A DNA stretch of 64,000 nucleotides from an uncultured Candidatus Saccharibacteria bacterium. GTDB lineage: Bacteria > Patescibacteriota > Minisyncoccia > 2-02-FULL-40-12 > GWA2-44-9. Under the pieces are notes generated by a model. That model was not told where the DNA came from and did not search any database. It saw only the letters and a list, made by a program, of their open reading frames with translations. Below, in pieces: positions 39,272 through 48,623 of this stretch (position 1 is its first letter; the number at the start of each line of letters is the position of its first letter). A program made the translations under genes and the position numbers. The stretch covers positions 42,687 to 106,686 of the forward strand of contig CAZAUE010000001.1 in the NCBI GenBank assembly GCA_964488565.1, read 5' to 3'.

Positions 39272-39300
39272 CTATTCCACAATAATACACCAAAAATGCC
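39272..39300 (-). promoter_or_regulatory. Sigma70-like promoter for cassette C (TTGACA-N17-TATTAT)
   Basis: On the minus strand: TTGACAaaatggcatttttggtgTATTAT. The leader contains AGGGGGCATAAC, as in cassette B. Confidence 0.45.
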
Positions 39301-39332
39301 ATTTTGTCAATCTTGGTGTTTAGGTCTCGCTA

Positions 39333-40145
39333 TTATTTGTAATAAACTCTCCCATCAATCCTTAAGTCTATATATTGTGGATGGAAGTCGAGGTCTTTTT
39401 CCTTATCATCCAAGAATATCCTCAAAACATCTAGCTGATTCTTAATATCAAATTCCGTTGTAAAAATAATGTAATAATCAGAGGTAAAAACACGAAACTC
39501 ACCAAATGATTTTTCTGGAATTATTATGCTCTTTATTTCTCCGGCCCTATTCTTTGCAACCTCCATTATTGGTTCAAAAAAATCATTATCAATTTGTCTG
39601 TGATTTGTTTCCCTTCGATCTTCAATTGTCAGAAATATGAAACCGGAAGTTTTAGATGATTCACCCCAAAGAACTCTATCCTCATCAAAATAGGAACAAC
39701 TTGTGGTAAGTGAGACGGAATCACTATCTCTAAAACACCAGATACCTGATGGCTTTCTTTCAATAAAATTTAGAGCCAGTCCGTGAGGTAGTTTCTTTTT
39801 AACGGTCACAGATTTAAACACTGAATAACCTGAAGAAAATTTTTCTTCAATAGCATCAGTGTCCACGGATAAAACATTATTTCTTCGTGGTAGAAACTTG
39901 AATATCTTTTGATCTAACTGTTCATTTATTTTTCCCTGAAGCATGTTTGAATTAATTGTATCCAAACCATTAAAACTCACCTCTCTTACATCAAAAAGTC
40001 TTGAAAAGAAAAAAATATAAATCAAACCCGCCACAACAAAAATTGTCCCTGCTATTATTGCTACAGTTTTAAAAACAAAAACCCGGCGATGCCGGCGCGC
40101 GACTTCATCGCGATGATTTAACTTTTTTACATTTACCGGTCGCAT
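39333..40145 (-). CDS. FtsQ/DivIB-like cell division protein (POTRA domain)
   Basis: Basic cytoplasmic N-terminus, one TM helix, then a POTRA-like stretch FDVREVSFNGLDTINSNML. Confidence 0.5.
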   Translation of the reverse strand: MRPVNVKKLNHRDEVARRHRRVFVFKTVAIIAGTIFVVAGLIYIFFFSRLFDVREVSFNGLDTINSNMLQGKINEQLDQKIFKFLPRRNNVLSVDTDAIEEKFSSGYSVFKSVTVKKKLPHGLALNFIERKPSGIWCFRDSDSVSLTTSCSYFDEDRVLWGESSKTSGFIFLTIEDRRETNHRQIDNDFFEPIMEVAKNRAGEIKSIIIPEKSFGEFRVFTSDYYIIFTTEFDIKNQLDVLRIFLDDKEKDLDFHPQYIDLRIDGRVYYK

Positions 40146-40148
40146 GGA

Positions 40149-41435
40149 CTATTTAATTTCTTTTATCCCACCCATGTACTTGCGGAGAATCTTAGGAACC
40201 TCAATCGTACCCTTCTTTGTTTGATAGTTCTCAATAATAGCGATAATGGTTCTTCCAATTGCCAAAGCGGTGGCATCGTTCATGTGTACGAACTCGGAAC
40301 CATTTTGTCTTTTTACTTTAGTTCCCAATCTTCGTGATTGATAATCTGTCATTAAGTCCGCAGTATGTGTTTCTCTGTATCTATCCTGGCCAGGCATCCA
40401 CATTTCCAAATCTATCTGTCTAGCATCAGGACCACCCATATCACCGGTACAAATTGCCACCACCTGATAAGGTATGTTTAATGACTGAACCAAATGCTCT
40501 TGCATAGCTACAAACAAATTCTGTTCATTTATTGAGTCCTCTGGCAAGCAAAATGATTCCATTTCTAATTTATCAAACTGGTGAACTCTTAATATGCCTT
40601 TCATGTCTTTACCATAGGAACCGGCCTCTCGTCTAAAAGCGGTTGAATAACCAATATACCTGATTGGTAAATCTTTCTCATCAACGGTTTCATCCATATG
40701 CATGGCACCAAGAGTGTGCTCAGCACTACCAACAAGATACATGTCATCAGCTGGCATATAATATCTTTCTTCTTTGGGCTCAAGACGAGCCATTCTCTGC
40801 ATAGAGTCCGGTCTTATCAATACGGGAGGAATAACGGGCACAAACGGAGTTGTCTTTAGGTTTAATTTATTGTTTTTGATTATTTTCTTAATAAGTTTCT
40901 CGTCCGTAAAAACAGACATGGCATACTGAACAAGAGCGAACTGCATTAAAACCAACCCTCTCTTTAAATATGTAAATCTCGCACCTGAAACCTTTGATGC
41001 CCTCTCGTTATCAATCAAATCCAAAGTCTCGCCAATTTCCCAGTGCTCTTTGGGTTTAAAATCAAATTCTCTCATCTTCCCCCATTTTCTAATAACCTTG
41101 TTTTCGGATTCATCTTTTCCGATTGGTGTGTCCTCGGTGGGAATGTTCGGAGCCATCATCATCATCTTTTCGTAATCTTCCTCAACGCATTTCAATTCGC
41201 TTTCTATCAATTTAATTTTTTCTTTCAACGCCTTCAATTCCTCTAAATCAACTGGAGATTGTGGGCCCTTAGAACGTTTATTCTGCTCCGATTTCAATAA
41301 TTCTGATTCGCTCAATAGGTGTCGACGTCTTTCATCTAAAGCCAACAATTTATCCAAATCCAAAGGAGACTTTTTGTTTTTGATAGCCTCTCTGACTTTC
41401 TCTATATTGTTTCTGATGAATTTGATATCTAACAT
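40149..41435 (-). CDS. serS: Seryl-tRNA synthetase
   Basis: N-terminal coiled-coil arm (MLDIKFIRNNIEKV), class II motif 2 FRREAGSYGKDMKGILRVHQF, and motif 3 region. Confidence 0.9.
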   Translation of the reverse strand: MLDIKFIRNNIEKVREAIKNKKSPLDLDKLLALDERRRHLLSESELLKSEQNKRSKGPQSPVDLEELKALKEKIKLIESELKCVEEDYEKMMMMAPNIPTEDTPIGKDESENKVIRKWGKMREFDFKPKEHWEIGETLDLIDNERASKVSGARFTYLKRGLVLMQFALVQYAMSVFTDEKLIKKIIKNNKLNLKTTPFVPVIPPVLIRPDSMQRMARLEPKEERYYMPADDMYLVGSAEHTLGAMHMDETVDEKDLPIRYIGYSTAFRREAGSYGKDMKGILRVHQFDKLEMESFCLPEDSINEQNLFVAMQEHLVQSLNIPYQVVAICTGDMGGPDARQIDLEMWMPGQDRYRETHTADLMTDYQSRRLGTKVKRQNGSEFVHMNDATALAIGRTIIAIIENYQTKKGTIEVPKILRKYMGGIKEIK

Positions 41436-41453
41436 AATTTAAAAATTAGTTAA

Positions 41454-42911
41454 TTATTCTTTTGGTTTCATTAGTGGGAAAAATACAATTTCTCTCACGG
41501 GCCTATTCATCAAGAATGCGAAAAATCTTTCAGACATTCCAAATCCTGCTGTAGGTGGCATTCCATATTCCAATGTTTCCACAAAGTCTTCGTCCATTCT
41601 TTGAGCTTCTTTATCTCCGGCTTCGCCAAGTTTCGCCTGTTCCTCAAATCGTTGACGCTGATCAATCGGATCGTTTAATTCAGAAAATCCTTTGCCCAAT
41701 TCTGTGCCTCCGGCCACAACCTGAAATCTTTCAACTCGATTTAAATCTTTCGGATATCTTTTAGCGAGAGGCTCAATCTCAATAGGCGGTAAGACCAAAA
41801 ATCCCACATCATTCAAATGAGGTCTAACTTTCTTTTTGAAAACTACATCAATAAGCCGACCTTTTCCAAGATGTTTATCGGCATCTATTCCACTATCTTT
41901 TGCGTAGTTTACCAAATCCTCTTCTTTAACCTCTTCAAGTTTAAGACCTGTATATTTTTCAAATTCTTCATAGTAATCATAACGCTTCCAAGAAGAACCC
42001 CAGTTAATAGTCTTCTCTTGATACTGATGTTCGGATGTTCCCAAAGTTTCTTCCACCACGTGTTTAAACAATCTTTCAATAAGTTCCATTAACTTTTCGT
42101 AATCATAATAAGCCCAATACATTTCCATCTGGGTATAATCCTGCAAATGTTCCCTATCAATTCCCTCGTTCCTGAAAATCCTTCCAATCTCAAAAACCTT
42201 CTCATATCCAGCTGTTATCAATTTCTTCAAATTAAGTTCTGGCGAAATTCTCAAAAATAAATCTATATCCAGAGCGTTCATGTGAGTTTTAAAAGGTTCG
42301 GCATCAGCTCCTCCTGGAATTTGTTCCAAAATCGGAGTATCAACTTCAAGTCCACCTTCTTTTAACAAAAACCCTCTGGTCGCTTGCCAAAATTTAGATT
42401 TTTTTACAAACAATTCTTTCTCTTCAGGATTCATTATTAAATCAAGGTATCTTTTGCGAAGTTTTTCTTCTACATCCTGAAGACCTTCCCATTTTTCAGG
42501 AAGAGGCAGGAGTGCTTTTGTAAGCAAGGAAAAAGATTTAGCTTCAATCGTTTTTTCTTCTCGTTTTGTTTTAAATAATAAACCCGTAACTTCAATAAAA
42601 TCTCCAATATCTATAAGTCTGCCAAATTTATCAAATTCCTCTTTGCCGACAGTTTCTTCTTTTACTAATACCTGAATTTTGCCCGAACCATCATTTAAAT
42701 CTAAAAAGGCCATGGCGCCCATATTTCTTAAAGCTCTAATGCGACCAGCGAGAATGAGTTCTTTCTGAGATTCACTCCAAGAATCAAAATTATTAAGTGT
42801 TTCTTCAATAGAATGAGTACGCAAAGAAATCGCAGGATATGGATCTGTTCCAGATTTCTTTAGTTCCTCAACTTTATCAATTTTTATATTACGAATTTCA
42901 TCTAACGCCAT
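41454..42911 (-). CDS. lysS: Lysyl-tRNA synthetase (class II)
   Basis: OB-fold N-domain (GRIRALRNMGAMAFLDLND...IQV), motif 2 FEIGRIFRNEGID, motif 3 GLGMS region. 485 aa. Confidence 0.85.
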   Translation of the reverse strand: MALDEIRNIKIDKVEELKKSGTDPYPAISLRTHSIEETLNNFDSWSESQKELILAGRIRALRNMGAMAFLDLNDGSGKIQVLVKEETVGKEEFDKFGRLIDIGDFIEVTGLLFKTKREEKTIEAKSFSLLTKALLPLPEKWEGLQDVEEKLRKRYLDLIMNPEEKELFVKKSKFWQATRGFLLKEGGLEVDTPILEQIPGGADAEPFKTHMNALDIDLFLRISPELNLKKLITAGYEKVFEIGRIFRNEGIDREHLQDYTQMEMYWAYYDYEKLMELIERLFKHVVEETLGTSEHQYQEKTINWGSSWKRYDYYEEFEKYTGLKLEEVKEEDLVNYAKDSGIDADKHLGKGRLIDVVFKKKVRPHLNDVGFLVLPPIEIEPLAKRYPKDLNRVERFQVVAGGTELGKGFSELNDPIDQRQRFEEQAKLGEAGDKEAQRMDEDFVETLEYGMPPTAGFGMSERFFAFLMNRPVREIVFFPLMKPKE

Positions 42912-42969
42912 GGATTAATAATATCAGAAATAAACGAAAATGCCACAAATAATTAGTGTTTTATTGAAC

Positions 42970-42999
42970 TTGACAAATCGGTATTTTATATGCTATAAT
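42970..42999 (+). promoter_or_regulatory. Consensus sigma70 promoter (TTGACA-N18-TATAAT) upstream of cassette D
   Basis: cTTGACAaatcggtattttatatgcTATAATac; the GC-rich leader begins ~40 nt downstream. Confidence 0.5.
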
Positions 43000-43080
43000 A
43001 CAAGTACGTTCAGTGACAGGTCGTTAACAAGCAAGTCTGTAAACCCCCGCCAGTCAGGCGAGGGGAAGAAGGAGTCAGTC

Positions 43081-43530
43081 ATGAAGATTCAGGCCAGCCT
43101 CGTCTCGATGTCGAAGAACCAGAAGCGCGCCATGGTCACCGTGACCACGGGCGAGGGCGCCCACCGCCGGTCCACCACCCGCCACATCGGCTTCACGGAT
43201 GGTGCATGGTTCGGTCACAACCCCGACGAGCGAGCAGTTCCGCTCAACCGGCGCTACACCGCCGAGCTCCTCGCCGCCAAAGGCGACCTCGCCGGCGAGC
43301 AGGCGACGCTCACCCAGCTCGAGGAAGAACTCCTCAAGCTGGAAACGACCGAGCCGACGACGGAAATGGACACGGCCATGATCGCCGGCTACAAGGCCGA
43401 GCTGGCCGAGGCCATCAGCGAGGCCAAGGCCCTGGTCAACTTCGCCGAGGCATCCGTCGCCGAAGCCGAGCTCAAGCTCCACATCGTCGAGAAGGAAGTG
43501 CCGCTCGAAGTCGAGTTCGGCATCTTCTAG
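43081..43530 (+). CDS. GC-rich (~64%) ORF encoding a 149-aa hypothetical protein with a C-terminal coiled-coil/alanine-rich helix (cassette D)
   Basis: Strong SD GAAGGAG 9 nt upstream of ATG. Protein MKIQASLVSMSKNQKRAMVTVTTGEGAHRR...AELAEAISEAKALVNFAEASVAEAELK. Composition unlike the host. Confidence 0.5.
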   Translation: MKIQASLVSMSKNQKRAMVTVTTGEGAHRRSTTRHIGFTDGAWFGHNPDERAVPLNRRYTAELLAAKGDLAGEQATLTQLEEELLKLETTEPTTEMDTAMIAGYKAELAEAISEAKALVNFAEASVAEAELKLHIVEKEVPLEVEFGIF

Positions 43531-43549
43531 ACATCGTCGACACCTACCA

Positions 43550-43610
43550 AGCCCGCCCTTTCCCACATTCTTGATTGAATCACTGGGAAAGAGCGGGCTC
43601 TTTCATTTTC
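43550..43610 (+). terminator. Intrinsic terminator of cassette D
   Basis: 16-bp stem AGCCCGCCCUUUCCCA...UGGGAAAGAGCGGGCU (one bulge), followed by CUUUCAUUUUC. Confidence 0.55.
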
Positions 43611-43636
43611 AAAAACCCTGTCAGCAGACAAGCAAA

Positions 43637-43660
43637 GGGCCCCACAATGGGGCCCTTTTA
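43637..43660. terminator. Bidirectional intrinsic terminator (serves greA on the minus strand)
   Basis: GGGCCCC-ACAAU-GGGGCCC flanked by AAA and UUUUAAAAUU. Confidence 0.6.
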
Positions 43661-43680
43661 AAATTCAAGAATATTTAGAT

Positions 43681-44139
43681 TTAGCTAATCTCAACGATCT
43701 CATATGCCACAATTCCTTTAGGAGCTCTGACTTCAACCTTATCCCCTTTTTTGTGTCCGAGAAATGCTTGACCCATTGGAGATTCATTGGATATAAATCC
43801 TTTGGCTGGATCTGATTCGGCTGCTCCGACAATCACAAATGAACGTACACCATCCTTAGATTCAACTTTTATTCCGGAACCAACACCAACAGTCCCACTA
43901 AGATTGTTTCCGGTTATTATGACAGCACTTTCTAGTGTGCTTTTTATATCTTCAATTCTGCCTTCATTCAGAGCTTGAGCTTCTTTGGCCGAATCGTATT
44001 CTGCATTTTCAGACAAATCTCCCAATTCTTTAGCTTCTTTAATGCGCTGAGCTATTTCAGGACGCATAACATTAAGCCTGTCTTCCAGCTCTCTTTTTAA
44101 CTTTTCCAGTCCTTCTTTTGAAAAATATTGATTATCCAT
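43681..44139 (-). CDS. greA: Transcription elongation factor GreA
   Basis: N-terminal coiled coil with GDLSENAEYDSAKEAQ, plus a C-terminal FKBP-like domain. 152 aa. Confidence 0.9.
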   Translation of the reverse strand: MDNQYFSKEGLEKLKRELEDRLNVMRPEIAQRIKEAKELGDLSENAEYDSAKEAQALNEGRIEDIKSTLESAVIITGNNLSGTVGVGSGIKVESKDGVRSFVIVGAAESDPAKGFISNESPMGQAFLGHKKGDKVEVRAPKGIVAYEIVEIS

Positions 44140-44218
44140 ATTCTGTATAATTAGCGTAATTTAATTAATGTATAATACACCTTTTAACGTAAAAGTAAAG
44201 GGGTGTGTTGATAAAATA

Positions 44219-46144
44219 CTACAGACTAGCTGGTACAGGCATATCTGGTGAAGTCATAATTTTACCCTTATCAAAATACCATTTTAAAACATTATGAGCT
44301 GTCCGAATCGCTAAGCCCTGATTTGATGCAGAGCCTTCTATCAAAACTGTAATGTTGAGTTCGGGATGATCAAAAGGAGCAAAGGCGGTAAATAAAGAAT
44401 TAATACTCTTACCCTTTACCACCTCAGATGTACCAGTTTTTGCTCCACTTCTAACCGGTAAATCTCGCAGTATTCCAGCTGTGCCAGAAATTACTGTTTC
44501 CTCCATATCGCTCTTCATTTCCCTGATAACATCATCGCTAAATGGCAACTTCGTTATTGGCTGTTCTTTGAATATCTCCAAATCGCTATTTTTTTCATTA
44601 GTTATTCTTTGAGCAACCATTGGTTTGTAAATAGTTCCCGCATTGTCTTGTCCGGCTAATGATACTGCCGAAATATAAGAATTCAACCATAACGGCGTCA
44701 CCAAAAGATCACCCTGACCTATGGAGATATTGTAAGTGTCTCCTTGATACCAATTCTCACCCCTTGTCTGAAGTTTCCAATCTGGACTTGGAACAAAACC
44801 CTGCTCTTCTCCGGGTAAATCAATTCCCAATTTTACATTAGCTAAACTAGCAGTAAGATATTTAACAATTCTATCAGCGCCTAAGCCTGGTATGTTTCCG
44901 AATCCACCACCCACAGTGAAAAAGAAAACATTGCACGACTGAGCAATGGCTCGCCTTAGATTAAAAAGACCGAAGTCTTGTCTCCAGTTTTTAAACACAT
45001 AAGGAGAACTCGCATCAGAAGGATTAGGAATAATCAAACTAACACAATCGCGAATTGTGTCTTGTGGGGTTATTATTTTTTCTTGAAGAGCCGTCATTCC
45101 CATAAACGGCTTAATGGTTGAACCAGGATTATATAATCCACTTATCACCCTATTAAAAAGAGGCTTGGTTCTGCTTTCAAACAAATTTTTAAACTGATTT
45201 TCTGATAATCCCTTGATGAAAAGATTACTGTCAAAAGAAGGAAAACTCACCATTGCCATAACAGCGCCGTTTTGAGGATTTTGAATTATTGCCGAACCAC
45301 GAGACAAGCCAGCAGAGGCAAGAACCACGCGCATTTCTTCATATAGTTTTTTCTGTAAGTCATAATCAATATTCAAAACCAAGTTCTTTCCCTGAATTGA
45401 TTCTTTGTTTAAGTTTTCATCCTTCCCCTTACTGAAAAATATTCTTCCGTGTTCCCCTCTTAAAATTTCTTCATATTGAGCTTCCACTCCCAAGCGTCCA
45501 ATGGTGTCAGTTGTATAATAATACTCATTTTCTAGGTCTGTTTTATTAACCTTGCCGATGTAGCCAGTAATCTGGGAAAATTGTTGACCATCAATATAGT
45601 AACGCTTTGTGTTTGGGACAATATAATACCCATCAAGATTAAGATACTTAACAGCCAAAACCTGATCCTTATTCAAATCCGTCGCGGCAAAAAAAACTGA
45701 ATTTGTTTTAACACTATCAGAAACAAAAGATTTAAATTCTTCTGGCTTAATTTTTAAAATCCCAGCAATCTTGTTCCTATTATCTTCTGATGGATTCTCT
45801 CTGATTTCTCTGGAAATAACCAAGAGATCAAAGCTAGGTAAATTTTTTACCAAAGGCTCACCAAGTCGGTCCATTATAATTCCCCTTGGAGGAGGAATGA
45901 GAAAATTAACCGACTTGTTTTGAGAGGCTAATTTTGCAAAAGAATCATGGTCAACAACTCCGATTTTAAAAGTAAATGACATTATTGTGGCAAGCAAAAT
46001 AATAGCCACCACGAAAGTCAATCTGAAAACATCAGCTGAAATTGGAGTTTCAATATCTGAATATTCACTGCCAGAATCCAAAAGAGTCTCTTCTGGGGCA
46101 ACCCAATCTTCATTGACTGAAATTCTGTAATCTTTTTTGAACAT
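44219..46144 (-). CDS. Penicillin-binding protein 2 / class B transpeptidase
   Basis: N-terminal TM, dimerisation domain, and SxxK (GSTIKPF), SCN (SCNVFF), and KTG (AKTGTSE) motifs. Confidence 0.88.
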   Translation of the reverse strand: MFKKDYRISVNEDWVAPEETLLDSGSEYSDIETPISADVFRLTFVVAIILLATIMSFTFKIGVVDHDSFAKLASQNKSVNFLIPPPRGIIMDRLGEPLVKNLPSFDLLVISREIRENPSEDNRNKIAGILKIKPEEFKSFVSDSVKTNSVFFAATDLNKDQVLAVKYLNLDGYYIVPNTKRYYIDGQQFSQITGYIGKVNKTDLENEYYYTTDTIGRLGVEAQYEEILRGEHGRIFFSKGKDENLNKESIQGKNLVLNIDYDLQKKLYEEMRVVLASAGLSRGSAIIQNPQNGAVMAMVSFPSFDSNLFIKGLSENQFKNLFESRTKPLFNRVISGLYNPGSTIKPFMGMTALQEKIITPQDTIRDCVSLIIPNPSDASSPYVFKNWRQDFGLFNLRRAIAQSCNVFFFTVGGGFGNIPGLGADRIVKYLTASLANVKLGIDLPGEEQGFVPSPDWKLQTRGENWYQGDTYNISIGQGDLLVTPLWLNSYISAVSLAGQDNAGTIYKPMVAQRITNEKNSDLEIFKEQPITKLPFSDDVIREMKSDMEETVISGTAGILRDLPVRSGAKTGTSEVVKGKSINSLFTAFAPFDHPELNITVLIEGSASNQGLAIRTAHNVLKWYFDKGKIMTSPDMPVPASL

Positions 46145-46164
46145 GAAGTGTGCGTTTAATTAAT

Positions 46165-46527
46165 CTATAATATTTTAACTATTAAAGCAGATGACCACCA
46201 AAAAACAATAAACATGATAGCGCCTGAAATAGTCATGAAAACCCTACTTCTAATATTAAAAAATGTGTTTAGTAGGAAAAAAGCTCCCACTGATACCAAT
46301 AATGGCAATATCAAAATCCCAAGTCTTAAGCCCCAATAAAATTCCGCTATGCCCGCAAAAACTATCGCAAGGGCCACGTTCGGAAGACTAACTTCACGAC
46401 ATAAAAGCAAAACGATAATAAATAGTACCGTTAAAAAACCTTCTCTAAAACCAAAAAGGGCTGGCAAAATTACACCGTCAAGAAACATGCTAACCAGAAA
46501 CAGAGTTAATATTAAAAACCTGTTCAT
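46165..46527 (-). CDS. mreD: Rod shape-determining protein MreD-like small membrane protein
   Basis: 120 aa with 4 TM helices, positioned between mreC and pbp2. Confidence 0.5.
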   Translation of the reverse strand: MNRFLILTLFLVSMFLDGVILPALFGFREGFLTVLFIIVLLLCREVSLPNVALAIVFAGIAEFYWGLRLGILILPLLVSVGAFFLLNTFFNIRSRVFMTISGAIMFIVFWWSSALIVKIL

Positions 46528-47318
46528 TATTTCATTTTTACAACCAATACTCTACCCAAGTGGACATCTTCAACCGCAGGACGAATACGAACTTTTTTAA
46601 ACATTTGAGTAGCATTAATTTCAACATGGTCTATGGAACCAATAATCAAAGCTGGTGGGAACAAATCACTGCCAGTTGATATCAATACATCTTCCTCTTT
46701 TATCTCATCTCCCTGAACTATAAAATCCAAATACATTCCCTCCCTTAAAGCACCACGTGCGATGCCAGAAGTATCAAAGCCAACCACTTTTGCTGTAATT
46801 TTGAATTCAGGGTCAGAAACAAAAAGAACTCTTGAAAAATTTTGCATAACTTTTTCAATCTTACCCACCAAAACTCCTTCTGCTGTAATAACCACATCCC
46901 CCTCGGAAATGCCGTCCTGAGCTCCCTTATTAAGCAACACGTTATATCCTGTGGGGGCAAGGTTAACGTTAAAAATACCAGCATAAATAATTGAGTAATC
47001 TAATCTTGAAGAAATGCGACTTGCACGTCTTAGGAAATTATTCTCACTCTCCAAATCATCAATCTTAGCTTCTAAGTTATTGATGATTTTTTGTTCCTGT
47101 TTTAGTTTATCATTCTCGCTTGCAAGGTTATTAAAATTTTTTATTTTCCCAACAAAACCACCAAAATTTTCCATCCTAATAAACAAGCTACTGCCGAAAT
47201 TTATAAAAGATTTTGGATAAATAGTCATTCTGTCTTTTATGAAATACTTATTTAAAAAAACAGCGCCAATGACGGCTACTAATATAATCACTCCAAATTT
47301 TATTGGTGTTTTTTTCAT
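46527..47318 (-). CDS. mreC: Rod shape-determining protein MreC
   Basis: N-terminal TM, coiled coil, then a beta domain with GDVVITAEGVLVGKI and DVLISTGSDLFPPALIIGSI. Confidence 0.8.
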   Translation of the reverse strand: MKKTPIKFGVIILVAVIGAVFLNKYFIKDRMTIYPKSFINFGSSLFIRMENFGGFVGKIKNFNNLASENDKLKQEQKIINNLEAKIDDLESENNFLRRASRISSRLDYSIIYAGIFNVNLAPTGYNVLLNKGAQDGISEGDVVITAEGVLVGKIEKVMQNFSRVLFVSDPEFKITAKVVGFDTSGIARGALREGMYLDFIVQGDEIKEEDVLISTGSDLFPPALIIGSIDHVEINATQMFKKVRIRPAVEDVHLGRVLVVKMK

Positions 47319-47321
47319 GAA

Positions 47322-48371
47322 TTAAAAGTAGTCATCTTTTTGAGTTGGAACCAAAACGTTTTTCAACTGCTCAACATTTTCAAGTATAAAACCACACCCT
47401 CTTGCTACGGCTGTTAAGGGGTCATCTACCACTTTTACAAAAAGCTTGGTTTCGTGAGCTATTGCCTTATCTAAACCTTTTAACAAAGCCCCTCCGCCAG
47501 CAAGAAATATATACTTATTTATTAAGTCAGCTGTTAGCTCAGGTGGAGTCTCTTCAATGGTATTTTTAACAGCAAGAACAATACTTTTCACAGAACGTTG
47601 CATTGCCTCTCTAATTTCTTCTGAAGTTATGTCGATCTCCTTTGGCAATCCGGAAACCAAATCTCTACCCCTTACACGGCCCTCTATTTCTTCTTCGGAA
47701 GGATATGCTGATCCTAAAGTTAATTTTAAGTTTTCGGCCGTAGCTTCTCCAACCAGAAGATTCCTTTCCTCTCTTAAATATCTGATTATGTCTTCATCAA
47801 GTTTGTCTCCGGCAATTCTCAAAGAACGAGAAGCAATAACACCGCCCATAGAAATCACGGCCACCTCTGTTGTGCCTCCACCCATATCGACAATTACATT
47901 AGCTACTGCCTCATGAACAGGAAGACGCGCTCCAATGGCAGCTGCCATCGGCTCTTCAATTAAATAGACTTCTCTTGCTCCGGCGTTGTAGGTGGCATCT
48001 TCAACAGCTCTCTTTTCTACTTCTGTAACTCCGGAAGGAATTCCAACCACCACTCTTGGGCGTGGCAACAAAGTAAAACCATCTTGATGGACTTTATCTA
48101 TAAAATATTTGAGCATCTGTTCGGTCACCTCAAAGTCTGAAACGACACCATTTACCAAGGGCTTAGAAACTGTAATATATCCAGGCGTTCTACCAACCAT
48201 TGTTCTTGCCTCTTTGCCGATAGCTAGTATTTTTCCGGTTTTTTGATTAACAGCAACAATTGAGGGTTCATTAATAACAATTCCTTTTCCTCGAACATAA
48301 ACAAGGGTATTTGCTGTACCCAGGTCAATGCCGATATCTTTTGACCAGTAGCCAAAAAGTTTATTGAACAT
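47322..48371 (-). CDS. mreB: Rod shape-determining protein MreB (actin homolog)
   Basis: IGIDLGTANTLVYV phosphate-1 motif and DMGGGTTEVAVIS phosphate-2 motif. 349 aa. Confidence 0.92.
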   Translation of the reverse strand: MFNKLFGYWSKDIGIDLGTANTLVYVRGKGIVINEPSIVAVNQKTGKILAIGKEARTMVGRTPGYITVSKPLVNGVVSDFEVTEQMLKYFIDKVHQDGFTLLPRPRVVVGIPSGVTEVEKRAVEDATYNAGAREVYLIEEPMAAAIGARLPVHEAVANVIVDMGGGTTEVAVISMGGVIASRSLRIAGDKLDEDIIRYLREERNLLVGEATAENLKLTLGSAYPSEEEIEGRVRGRDLVSGLPKEIDITSEEIREAMQRSVKSIVLAVKNTIEETPPELTADLINKYIFLAGGGALLKGLDKAIAHETKLFVKVVDDPLTAVARGCGFILENVEQLKNVLVPTQKDDYF

Positions 48372-48581
48372 GTTATAACTTGCTGGCCGCTCTCGCCCTT
48401 ACTGTGGCGAGCACGCTCTTGGTTGATTCCTTCGTTAAAAGCTCCGCTTCTCCTTCGTCATAGATATCTATGTCTCAGTCGAATGCTCGCTTTTGCCTCG
48501 GACTCACCCAAGCCAGCTGCGTTCTAAAAATTACCACCAATCTTTATTAATACATTACCATAACAAAATCATTATAAACAA

Positions 48582-48607
48582 TCAAAAAGCCGTCATGATT
48601 GACGGCT
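48582..48607 (-). terminator. Intrinsic terminator after proS
   Basis: AAAAAGCCGUCA-AUCA-UGACGGCUUUUU palindrome. Confidence 0.55.
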
Positions 48608-48623
48608 TTTTGATTTGTCTTAA

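Noticed and set aside
43075-43574. Alternative ORFs (minus 163 aa; plus 122 aa and 60 aa) inside cassette D
   Set aside because: Arg/Gly-rich out-of-frame shadows. The chosen frame has a strong SD 9 nt from the ATG and a terminator right after its stop.
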